Below, in pieces: positions 17,242-28,822 of a stretch of DNA of 64,000 nucleotides. Numbering within the stretch: the stretch's first letter is position 1; each line of letters opens with the position of its first letter. Under the pieces are notes generated by a model, which worked only from the letters and a program-made list of their open reading frames with translations, was not told where the DNA came from and ran no database searches. Source of the stretch: Ophelia neglecta (Eukaryota); the NCBI GenBank assembly GCA_965285935.1, contig OZ260661.1:24676001-24740000 (forward strand), in the 5' to 3' direction. A program made the position numbers and the translations under genes.

Positions 17242-18531
17242 TTTCTTTTTCACCGGACAAGACAGTCAGATTTGAATTTGTTCTAAGCAGTGATTTCTTG
17301 TTGATAATCATTCTTTCATCATGGCGTGTTAAGGTGATTATAGGGTGTAAAAATCATTTGAATAAAATAAATAATGTATGATGAGAAATTTAATAGAGAG
17401 CTTAATCTTTTTTGTTTTGAAAAAACTTTTTTTGGAAAAATGTATTGTTTAACAAAAAACTACACCATCACAGTTGAAACGAATACGAGGCCAAAGGCAA
17501 CTTATTCCATGAAACGGCAACTTTTTCCATAAAAACATGTAGGGCTTATAGAATTTGTCTATGGTAACCATTGTCCAAAGAGAAGATCTCTTAAAGGGAG
17601 AAATTCCATTCCTCTACTTCCTGGGGAGATTTAATTCATAGGAATCCAATGATTAATTTTCCGTAGTTATTGTCAAGGCTTGCTGTCTTATGATGCAATA
17701 ATCTTAGCAATTATTTGATATTATGGTAAATTTCAAACCTTTTTATATATATTACTATAATGCAGCTGTAAAAGGATAGTATAATAAAAAAAATGATTAA
17801 CAATTTTATTGAGGCTAACCTAGTATGTGTACACATAAATTTTGGCAAACCTTTTTCACATCCAATCAACCCCTGTTCACACACACTCATACCTGTACAT
17901 AATAAAAGACATCTCTGCTAGAGCTAATAGGAATGAAAATTTAAATACACTCTTGACCCACAATACCAATGCTGACTGGCCTGATCTTCTGCTGCTTTGC
18001 CTTACTGCGAGTAAGGTCGAGGGAGGCACACACTTTCAGATCATCTGGCAGGCTATTCAACAACACAGCATGCCTGAACTTAAACATTATTGGCACTTTC
18101 TAATTTGGCTGGAGGAAGGCTTACACACTACCTATAGTCAGCCCTTGTGACATATACCTATGATATCCCTCCACTGGCTTTAATCTAGACGATAAATAGG
18201 GTGGCACAGCATTGAAGTACATTTACCCTCAACACCTGTCATGTTCTTACCACACCTCCCCTGACATGTAAGCCATCTCAGTGTTTGATGCATTTATTCA
18301 ACATTGGCCCACATATAGAATCTCAATAAACTAGGTGCTGCTATATATTGCAGTCTCAACATGTTTTCATATTGTCCCCTTTCCTGCCAGACCAGATTAC
18401 TTCTCCATAATGGTATACATGTATAGGCAGACTCGGGACCTTGTAAAGCTTACTCCAGTGTCTGTGTCAGATTTTTTCTCAACTATATACAGCAAACCTA
18501 TCTGTATGGTGAGTTTGTCTCCACTGCATCA

Positions 18532-18674
18532 AACCAAGGTGTAGCAGAGTGGTTAGGACGTCCGCCATTCAAGTGGTAGAACAGGTTTAAATCTCGATCG
18601 TGTCAAACCCAAGATGTAAAATAGGTACTGATAGCTCCCCTGCCAGGCGCCCGGTATTTCATGGTTGTAAGACT
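18532..18674 (+). mobile_element. tRNA-derived SINE, 5' fragment
   Basis: Matches the 5' half of the copy at 42477-42803 (GGTACTGATAGCTCCCCTGCCAGGCGCCCGGTATTT). Confidence 0.8.
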
Positions 18675-18744
18675 GAAGTATAGTTTATTCACATTGTATA
18701 TACAAATTTGGGGTGCAACTTGGATGTAACTCCAATTTACGGCA

Positions 18745-20720
18745 AAAGGGTTTCTCTATCTCTGCATCCATGATAGATGTTTCATAAATAGAAAAATTAA
18801 TTGGCCTAGGCACCTTATGCTGGGTAGGCTTCTTTGTAAAGTTTATCTTAAGCCCTGTAATAGTATTTATAATGTCCCTGTCAGAGGTTATATTTGACCA
18901 ATCATCCACAAAATGTCTCAACCTGCCAGCCTTAAAGGTTTTAGCTAGAGACTTAGCATTTTCGAGTAAGTCATTAGTTTGGACAACAAATGACTTTGTA
19001 TATGGTATGAGACTTACCAGTGTGGGGTCTTGCTGTATAATACTAGTGGCTGGAGTTACTGTTTTTGTTTCTCCTGAGGATTTTGGCTTTTGAAGCTGGA
19101 GCCCTTGTGGCTGCGCTTGTGGTTTAAAGCTTTTTTCACCTGGCGATAGTAAGGTTTGTGGCCTTCGCCTTGCCAGTTTTTTGAACCCCATTTGGAATAC
19201 CGATGGGCAGGTCTACCATTTTCCTGCCTGTATCCCCCGGTGTATCCACCGTAACTACCTTTGCTGGTGGCTGCTTTTGTGGCATGGTATGCCTGTTGTG
19301 TCTCTTTCAGCTTTTTTGGCAAGTCATCCCCAAAAAGTAGCAGAGTGGGCCTATTCTTTTTTGAAAATATAGGTTGGGTGTCCTCCTTAAACAGGTGTTT
19401 CACCCCATCCCTTCTTGTGAAGGAGATCTCCGTACTAGCATGAGCTAATAATGAAACCGAGTCGGTGATATTAGCCATGAGGGATCTAATGTTTTCCCTC
19501 CCCAGAGTTTGTTTGTTTGCAGCGGATGTGACCAAGTCATCCGCCATTCTTAATATTGCTGAAGCAGCCGTTATGATGGCATTCTGAGGGTTAGTGTGGC
19601 GAAGATCTTTTTGCCGATGGTTGCGGTCCATCTGTGCCCACAACTCGTCATTCATCCTGGGTACTGCGAGTTGAGGGCAGTTCTCAGGGCGGTGTTTTTT
19701 TCCCATGATGGAATCCAACTCACTTTTACTGAGGGCCTCCTCAAAGGTTTCTTTAACCATAGTCGCCAGCCTTTCCCTTATGGGTGGGCCTACTTCCTCC
19801 GAGTTTTTCCTGGAGAGCAACATCCCTTCTAGGATGTCATCTTCATCCTCATTTGCCGAGTCGGCAGCTTTTGACGAGTCGTCAAGGATGTCACTTGGGG
19901 GAAAGAGGGAGGTTAGGCTAGGCCGACGCCTCGTAAGGGTTGGCCCAGGGGAGGACTATGAGTCAGAGCCTGATTCCCCATATTTCCCCCCTTTTTCTTC
20001 TTGGTTTTGACCCCTCTTCATCCGACCAGTGATCAGAGTCAAAAGACGCATGACCGTAGTCTGGTCGGGTCGGCTGACGCCGTGATTCGGGTTCCGTGAG
20101 CCTGGCTACTGCATCAGCCATTGAAGCCATGCTGGCTTGCATGACTGACATCATGTCTGTCATGGGCTCACGGGTCTCAGGAGCTGAAACATTGCCAGAT
20201 TTGGGAGAAGGAAAATTCTTACTTGTAGGGGATGTTGTGACCTCCTCATAAGTGGTGACGATCACTTGGTCCTCCATCCTAATACAGCTAAATATAATTT
20301 GGGCAGATAGAACTTGAGCTAGAGCACACGAGTAGGGGCAGCGGACTAAATATAGACACACTGTGACAACTAGACCAGGAGCTCAGTATAGGACGTCCGT
20401 CTGTGATGAGCGCAGAAGACACACTGATGAGTGGTCAGCAAGATGCTTCTCATGTTACACCGAGAGTGACATGATTTATGGGAGGTAGAATCCCTTTTTC
20501 TCGTTTGGCCAATCCATTCCTCGTCTCGCGAGGTCCGGCGAGCTCAGTTCAATCCGGCGGCAAGTTTGATGCACTTTCAAAACTCGGAAATGTACAAATT
20601 GTGAATAGCGTGACAACATCACACGTTCTCGTGTATATACGAACGTTAGTTTCCTTTGCAATCATGCTATCTGAACATAGGTGTAAGAATTTACATAAAA
20701 TTAGATAAATATTCTTTTTT
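18745..20720 (-). mobile_element. Truncated DIRS-like (tyrosine-recombinase) retrotransposon: frameshifted gag-like ORF plus the start of the overlapping RT ORF
   Basis: ORF 19056..19823 has RPENCPQLAVPRMNDELW...KDLR...Q, typical of DIRS gag-like ORFs. Overlapping ORF 18685..19191 has AGRLRHFVDDWSNITSD..II..I.GLKINF..KP.Q, the conserved pre-RT block. ORF 19963..20361 is the frameshifted N-terminus. RT core, RNase H and recombinase are missing; boundaries approximate. Confidence 0.75.
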
Positions 20721-22208
20721 AATCGCTTTTATGCTAAATATGCTCCGCTTGTTGACTGTAGCGCGTATACTGCTACATTGTAGAAAGTGGGGAATAACTC
20801 AACGTCGAATGTAATATGAAAACACCTTCATTAAATTCATTAAATGTATAGGAAAAAATGTCCCACCGCCCATTTGTATAGCTGACCATCTATCTCCTGC
20901 ACATTTCGATGTGACACAAGTCCTGAAGAGTATGTCACTGAAGTCCTGAAGAGCATAGTGTAGTATAAGGTTGTTTCAGTAAAAAGAGGAAGCCATGGAA
21001 TGTGTCTCCAGTAATCCAGTAACCAAACGTACAGCTCTCTTCTCAAAAATATAATCTAGTCCAAAAGTGTATAAAAACATTCTACAATGCAAGTACCTGA
21101 TAACAAACTAATACTTTAAGTCATTATGAATGATTTTTGTCATTATGTTGTTTTGTATATGACTGCCGAAAAGTTATTTGTATGCTGTGTAGGTATGTAG
21201 CTGCATGCAGAATGATATTGGGAAAGGTTTTGGTGAGTTTTAGCCAGTGAACTAATTCTTCGTTAAATGCTCATTACTTATCTGACTCACCCTAGCTATG
21301 AAGATGAACCTGCTTTATTTGAAGCAAATATTTCTCAGACCCACCCTGAAGCTAAATTCGCCTCCCTAACATTTTATGATTACAGCCTCTTGCGCCTGTT
21401 TATCCCTGTGTGTTAGATTGTGGCCGGTGTCTAGAGATTCTTTTCCTTCAAACTTATTGACGATTTCATACCAGATGGATGTATATTATAAGGGTTTATG
21501 TTAATACAATATATCTTCTTTTAAATAGCTAACCATAGCCACCAAATCGAGTTTTAACATAGCTTGATGCAAGAATTGAGTATGGCTTAAATATGGTGAT
21601 CTGCATCTGAGTGGCAGAGTAAACAAGAGCACGTGGCCTGCGACCTAATCAGCACAAGATCTCTAGTGTAAACGATCAACGCACTGCCTCTCTGGAGGAT
21701 ACCGAGATGCTGTACTGTGGCAGTGTAAGAAATTCCCCCTCTCTCTGAAATCGGGTCAACGCTGATGTGTCCTTAGGGAACTCCGCTACGAGTTAGGAGG
21801 ACATCGGTGCATGCTGTTGTATGATATTATCTGTAATTAATGTAGCAGAAATACTCACATAGAGCATGTGTTATCGGTATTGGTAGGTAAAGTAAATTGT
21901 TTGAATTGTTAAGGTACATTTTAGTTACTGTTAAGATATCATAGTCTGTTCTTTGACAGTGCATATTATGTTGGCTGTGGGATGTGTACCAGTGTGTCTG
22001 TTCGGCCAGCTTTGCGTACAATGGCGGTAGCAGTGTATACGTATGTGTGTACATAACCAACAATACAGTGTAATTTTAGCATTGATACTTCATGAGTGTA
22101 AGCCTTGCTCCGCATGGTACAGGGTCCACTCTGAAACACGAGTATAACTATGTGTCGGTCTGGTATGTAGTTTGCCTTAGGAGAGACAGGGTCTTTTTCA
22201 TATTATTA

Positions 22209-22353
22209 GGTTCCCTGTCTGGTGTCTACGGCAGGTACTCCAGTGAGGCAGCACTCTAAAGAGGGCATTGAGCCCACTGTCACAAGTTGGCACTGTGGTC
22301 TTTTGACCATATAGGTGTTTAAAGCCACGTAAAAGATCCCAAAACAACCAACA
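22209..22353 (+). mobile_element. tRNA-derived SINE, 3' fragment
   Basis: Near-identical to the 3' half of 42477-42803, with an AAC-rich tail. Confidence 0.85.
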
Positions 22354-23689
22354 AGTGGAATGCCGGATTAATTTGCTCGATTAATGTAGATTTCGTTTCA
22401 TTAACAGCAATCTGATTTTTAAACCGCAAGCCTGCTCAATCGATGCTTAATCAATTTTAAGCCAGGCTTATGCATTGTTAAATAATGCGACACGTGTCCA
22501 TAAGTAATATTAAACATGATTAAACAACATTGGAGCGAGCATATAGAGGGTAAAAAACTCAATGTCCGCGCCCTCGCAAGCCAATAACAATGGTATGACG
22601 AAGCGAAGACGAGGCGGAGGTTTGTAGGAAGGCAACACGATAGAGAAGTGGCAGGAACTATTAGGCTAGGGCACATGCGTGTACTGTTGAGAAGTAAGTT
22701 GGGATAAAAATTAGTAAATTATATATAAAATTAAAATGAGGGACTTGATCACACACAACACTTTAAGTGCTTACGAACACACATGCAGTCAAAATACAGA
22801 AAGAGGGCGTTGTGACACTCAATTGGAGATTGTAAATCTTTGCTGTTTTTCTACCTGTTTCACCACGGGCGTGGCAGTTCATGAGATTACATTATTTTAT
22901 TATTCAAAACAATAATGACTTGTCCTACGTTGCCCACCGACTCATTTGTTTCGTGTTCTGGCTCGCATTATGTTAACTGCTTCTCGATGAAATTTATATC
23001 AAGTGTATATGTTACTTTGTCACGTGCATTACACGTTTAGTTACTGTTCTGGAGTTAGATGTTGATATGTAGACCTGTGGCTGCTGGTTCCTGATGATTT
23101 CTTGTCTATTTAAGGATCTATCAATGATTTATAACTTTGGTGTTTTACCGGGTATCGAATCCCGTGTTTATACTTCAAACTATTGTTAAAAGATTACTAC
23201 ATTTCTGGACTTTACATGCTGTTAGTAAGCTTTCACAGTTCTACCAAAACTGGCGTTCTCTGGCTCTAAGTTTGTAGACATGTAATAATAACGGCCTTCG
23301 CGGCTAAATGGCATTTGTGCTTTCATCAAAAAATTGTATTATTTGTGTCCCTGAGTTAATGATAAATAAGATTTTACACATGCATTCATGGGATACCATA
23401 TGAATATGTTCAATTATCAGGAAAGGTTTTTCAAACAATGTTTTTAGTCACGTTTCTTGATATTCAAAAGTTTCGTGCTTTCGCTCTATGTTATAGAATA
23501 TTATGACTGTTCTGCAATATGAACAAACACCTTTACTTTGCATTATTATTATTTAGGTGCTCCCATTGAAAAAGAAGCTTTAATTTTTCATGTTCAAAAT
23601 GCACTGTGATTTTGGATATTTTACTGTCTCCAGTTAAATGGGAGGGAATGTCGTCCCCACATCATCATTAACATACTCACATGAATTAA

Positions 23690-23915
23690 TTCATCGATCA
23701 TGAAATCATGAAATCCTGAAATTCATCCATCGATCATGAAATCAGGAAATCCTGAAATTCATCCATCGATCGATCAATCTAACTATCGATCTGCCAATCC
23801 TCCTGTCACAATCGATTGATCAGTCAATTGATCAATCAATCAATGAATCGATAGAGCTGCAACATGAATGAACCATCAATCAAGCAACCAATCAAACATT
23901 TAATCAATCAGCCAA
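23690..23915. repeat. Low-complexity (ATCG/ATCA)n region with a ~36-bp tandem duplication
   Basis: ATCGATCATGAAATCA(T/G)GAAATCCTGAAATTCATCC occurs twice, followed by ATCA/AATC runs. Confidence 0.7.
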
Positions 23916-24283
23916 ATGAACAACACATAATTTTAATTTGATTAACTTCCCCGTACCTTACGTTTATTTCATGTATTTTACATGCCTTCCATTTTTCGCA
24001 TAAGCAATAATGTAGTTTCCAAACTTCAAAGGATAAAACGGTTTATTCCGCGCGAAATTATCAAACATTACCATAACATTTTTATTCACTGTAATATCAT
24101 CTCCTATTTACAAAGACCAATTTAATATATAAGTTTTATAAATGTTAAAAAATAAAAACAAGTATTCAAAGTTATTCAATATTTATCCGTTGCAAATCTA
24201 CCCCCCCCCCCACACTCACACATGTAATAAATAATCCCTATTGTTTTGTCTTCTTTAAAATTGAAGGTAACCCATCCAACCGA

Positions 24284-27200
24284 ATGGAATTAGCAGAGCA
24301 GTTTATCCGTCAGATCACTAAGGACACCCAGTCCGAAGACCGCCTGGTCCTAGCTCAAACCCTGCTGAGAGATGTCTCCCAGCAGACCTCAGATGGAGTA
24401 CAGTATGACGGCGACACCGTATCAGAGATTGTGAGGGTTCTGCTCAGGGTAACCCTTGATTCTGATTACAATACGTCCAAACTGAGGGAGTGGCTCCTGA
24501 GCCAGGAGGTCAAGGATGTGGTGTTTGGACTCACCGCGGGCCCGGGGACAGCATCAGCCGTTCTGCGGGGGATGCTAATAGCTGTCGAGGAAAAAGGGGT
24601 CGGGTTTGAAGACTTTATAACATGGTGCGGAGAGTTGGCAGGGACATGGTTTGTGAGCACGAATGGCAAAGTGGCCCCGACGAGCCCGGGCTTTATATTC
24701 TGTCTGTTTGAATTTAGATACCTGTCCGGCGACCGACAGGAGGATGCCTGTGGACATCGAAAGTCATCATTCGCGGACAGAGACAGACACCTTCTCCCCC
24801 TGGTGGTGGCGGCTCTCCATACAGAGACAGGGGAGTCCATCAATAAGAGTGACCGGGAAGGACACACGGCTCTCCACATAGCTTCATCTGTCAGCAGGCT
24901 CCCCCAAGTCACCAGGGCCCTGTTGGGACACCCCGACATAGATGTCAATGTCAGAGACAACAAGGGGAGAATCCCACTAGCTCGCCTTGTCGAACGTTCA
25001 GACCTGGACGATGATGAATCTCCGTCAGCTCATTACCTCCTGGAACATCCAAGTACAAATGTAACCATATTAGACAACCAGAATAAAACGGTATTGGATC
25101 ATTGTTTGGACAATCTCGGTGGCCCACTGGAGTCTGTGAAAGTGGCTGTACAGCTGATTGGCTTGATATGTGAGCACCCCACAGCGACCCCGGATATGAT
25201 CACACTAGGAGTGGAGAGACTAACAAGACTAGAAGTCCCTGAAAGTCTACGAGCCATGTATAATGATGTTATAGTTAAGCTTGCCGCAAACACTAAATTC
25301 AATATCAACACATTTCTGAGAGACGGGAAGACGATTGGTCATTTAGCCGCCTCTCAGAAGAAGGGCGATATTGTAATGAAACTCATAGATATCACAGGAT
25401 TTGACCCTAAAATCCCCGACAGTCTGGGTAACACTACACTCTACTACGTCTGCGCTAATCTTCCAACAGAGTCAGCAATTGCCGTACTCGACCACTCAAA
25501 CGTTACCTGGGACTTTGCTCATAGGAACAAGGGGGAGCAGACGGTCCTGGACTACTACGAACGACTGCCGGATAGCAAGAGAGACCCCTTGTTGTTAGCT
25601 ATACTGGAGAAACGAGTGGGCCGTGTGACAGTCAACGTAGGACGGCAAGGTATGTGGTACATGTATGATATCAGTTTTAAAGTATTAGTTATAGAATGGG
25701 TTTCTGGAGATACTCAGATGAGATAAACATTGAAGCGACAGCCCTTGTCGTTCTGTGTTGCCTATAGCCGAGATATCGGGGGTGAGGACTAGTGGGATTT
25801 TAATTATATAACGTAGTGGAGAAATATCGTAGGAGGGAGAACATTGTCAGGGAATCACCAGATGATTGAGCCTGAGAACATTCCCTGTAAAAATACGCTA
25901 CTCACCTCTGATAATTCCTTTATAATTCTTTCGCACACTAATATGCTCCCCTATTCCGTAAGCCTGTTTGTCCAGGGCTGGGGACTTCTTGAAGAATATC
26001 ATGACAGTTTGGTGCGGTAAAACCCTGTGTTATACTCCACGTAGGAGATGATTTCCATCGATGGACTCGAGATTGGCTTATAATTAGTAATGTTTGCATT
26101 GCTTTTTGAAAATTATACGGCCTAAAAGCAAACAGTAGGAAGGTTCGATAGTTTCCTATCCGTAGGGGCCTTCCATACTGCAGTTGCAAGGCCGGGGGTA
26201 TATCGGGTTTAGGCTTAGGTTGGTATAGGAGGAGTTGGGAGGACCTTCCAACCAGCAGACACATAACATGTATATCTATCAAAGGAGTGGCCTTCTTTAT
26301 AATATCGAGTGTGAATAAGTTACGTTTCAAGTTCGTGTTTTTCATGATCGTATGGTGTCTTGTTATAATAATAATGTGGCACGCATTCCCGTTTCTACAC
26401 ATACCACGTGTACTGTCGTGCGCTCAGGAGATTGTGCGAATAGCTGTGTGGGCGGTGGGAGTTGGATACATCAAGACCCGCTGCTCTATGACCTTGTCCT
26501 CATGACAGAGACAGCATCTCCTCTCCGTGAGCCCATGCATCCCTCCAGCTACCACCTTACACGTCCGTATTTAATGGCGCCAGGAGTCGTGAATATTCAC
26601 CAGCAGTGAACCATTATAAATATAATAATGTCTTTCTCTATTTACATATATACTTATCTGTAGCGGCCCAGAGACAGGTTCCGGAAGTTGCTGTTTATGT
26701 TCCGATTAGACCAATCCAATGGACCCCCCACGCCCCCGGCCAAGGCAGCGGGACGCCGGTAAAAGTCCTACCAGCAACGCCCGACATTATGACCAGGAAA
26801 CTGGACATGGTCTCTCAAGATCAGGTAAACGCTGTTCGTCATATGACAAAGCGCGATAGTAAATATACAAATATATTTATATATTGTTTGTTTTCATTTA
26901 ATAAGAAAATCCATGTTCCCACACCTAATCCGCATGTTTAAAAGTTTGCCACCCCACCAGGTGTACCCTATGGATAATGCCGCTAAGGGGCGCTGTTGTA
27001 TCATATCCGTGCCTACCTTTGAGGTTCCATGGCTGATTGATCTTCCCGGCTATCACAACGATAGTCAGAGATTGGGAGAGCTGTGGTCAGGTTTGGGATT
27101 TGAAGTCACCTTACCAAGTTGCCATGGCGACAGATATCTCACTGCCCAGGTACTGATTCACCGCTATATGGATTATATATTTAATAAATTACAGTGTGTT

Positions 27201-28822
27201 ATTGAGGCTTATTGACCTGATCGAAACATTCAGAAATGTATACAGTGCGAATGCGAAAGCCTCGATTTCTTCCTGGGTCTGTCAGGCCATGAAGCCTCTA
27301 TACAACACTGTTATTGCCTAAATACCTTGCAGGAGATAGAAAAGTCGGTGGAGGAGTTTTCTCAGAGTCTGTCCGGGTCAGACCAGTGTGTTGTCCTAGC
27401 TTTACTCAGTCACGGTGGCGAAGGCTTCATCTACGGCAGCGACGGTAATAAGGTTAATTTGGAGAGGCTGTTCAGACACTTGGATAACGAAAGATGTCCT
27501 GTCATGGCGGGAAAACCTAAAGTGGTCGTCATCCAAGCCTGTGCCGGGGTGAGTATACGTCATTGCCTCGTATAGTAAGTACAGGGAAACCTGTGAATTA
27601 AGACCACCCAAGGGACTAGAAAATGCTTGTCTGATTTTTGAGGTGATCTGTTTAAACAGGCTATTTAACATAGAATGTATACATTATGGTTCTCATATAA
27701 GTGGTCTGAATTGACAGGTGGTCTGATTATAGAGGTGGCCTTTAAGGCAGGTTTCACTGTATAACGATATACAAATATTCCATGACATCTCATACAACGA
27801 TTACATTTGTTTATCAAATTTCTGATTTACCTTATTTTACTAAAGTAGATCTGAAAACAGTACACATTAAATAACCTTACACACTTCTCCCAATATTGAC
27901 CACCTGTTCCCCACAGTCGGCCACTGACTTGGGGGTCACCGCAGGTCACAGATTCTCTCCGGCTGTAATGGCAGCAGATCCGAGACTTGACCTTCCAACA
28001 ATGTCGGATTTTATTATCTGCTCACCTTCGCTCGCAGGTAACTGCCTAGGAATTATTCTTTTTTATTGTTGCAATTCGAATCCCAGAATATTTCGAGAAA
28101 GCCACTGTAATGCAGTTAAAAGCGTTTTATACCGGTAACCAACCTGGCTCACTGGGGATTATCGTATGTCTTTTCTGCCGATTCCAGGGCTGGCTTCATA
28201 TGTGTATAACACTCCAGGACGAGGGAGTGTTTTCCTCGAAGCCTTTGTGGATATCTTTAGTCAGCGCGCCAAGGAAGACGATATTCACACTCTCATGACA
28301 TGGGTAGGTTCACAGAGTCATAGGGTTCAATGTCATATGATCGTATACAGTGAAACCTGCCTTAAAGACCAGCTCTATATTAAGACCAACTGTCAATTCA
28401 GACCACTAATATAAAGACCATATCATACACTTTCAATGTATAACATCCTGTGTAAACAGACCACCTTTATAATCAGACATGTATTTTCAGGTCCCAACGA
28501 TATGATCAAAACTTTTGTGCGAAACAAGAATATACTAGATATTTCTTCTTAATATGCTTGAGTATTTCAGGTTAACCACAAGGTGTCGAAGGCCAGGACA
28601 CTGGTTGCACATCCTGGAGGAAACTCGGCTAATTGCAAACAGATGTCTCGCATTGAGAGCTGCTTAACCAAGCTCCTGTACTTCTATCCCGGCACCGAAC
28701 AAAATCCCGACAAGAACGGCCGCCAGGAAAAAGCACAAATTATTAATAAGAACATTAAATATATCCTATGGATAGTATCATCTATAATGATGGCCATTTT
28801 ACTTCATAAAATTTGGAACTAA
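24284..28822 (+). CDS. Ankyrin-repeat/caspase (peptidase C14A) fusion protein, 806 aa, with a hydrophobic C-terminal tail
   Basis: Seven GT-AG exons splice in frame without stops: 24284-25649, 26664-26824, 26961-27149, 27333-27548, 27917-28037, 28188-28303, 28571-28822 (2421 nt). Ankyrin motifs DREGHTALHIA, DVNVRDNKGRIPL, DGKTIGHLAA, DSLGNTTLYY. Caspase motifs VYPM..KGRCCII, LGFEV, LLSHG (His 27411), GKPKVVVIQACAG (Cys 27540), PTMSDF, GSVFL, KQM...LTKLLYFYP. AATAAA at 28872. Confidence 0.9.
27582..27759. mobile_element. Tc1/mariner-pogo-type MITE in a caspase intron
   Basis: TA-CAGGGAAACCTG...CAGGTTTCACTG-TA; same family as 57373-57550. Confidence 0.85.
28348..28497. mobile_element. Truncated copy of the same MITE, opposite orientation
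   Basis: TA-CAGTGAAACCTGCCTTAAAGACC...; second TIR absent. Confidence 0.7.

Noticed and set aside
24466-24963. 165-aa antisense ORF inside the ankyrin exon (and similar antisense ORFs in the LINE and ZF gene)
   Set aside because: Shadow ORFs of real coding sequence with no independent motifs.
25618-25649. RHIM-like motif (RVTVNVG) between the ankyrin and caspase parts
   Set aside because: Only a 4-residue resemblance to (I/V)Q(I/V)G; insufficient support.
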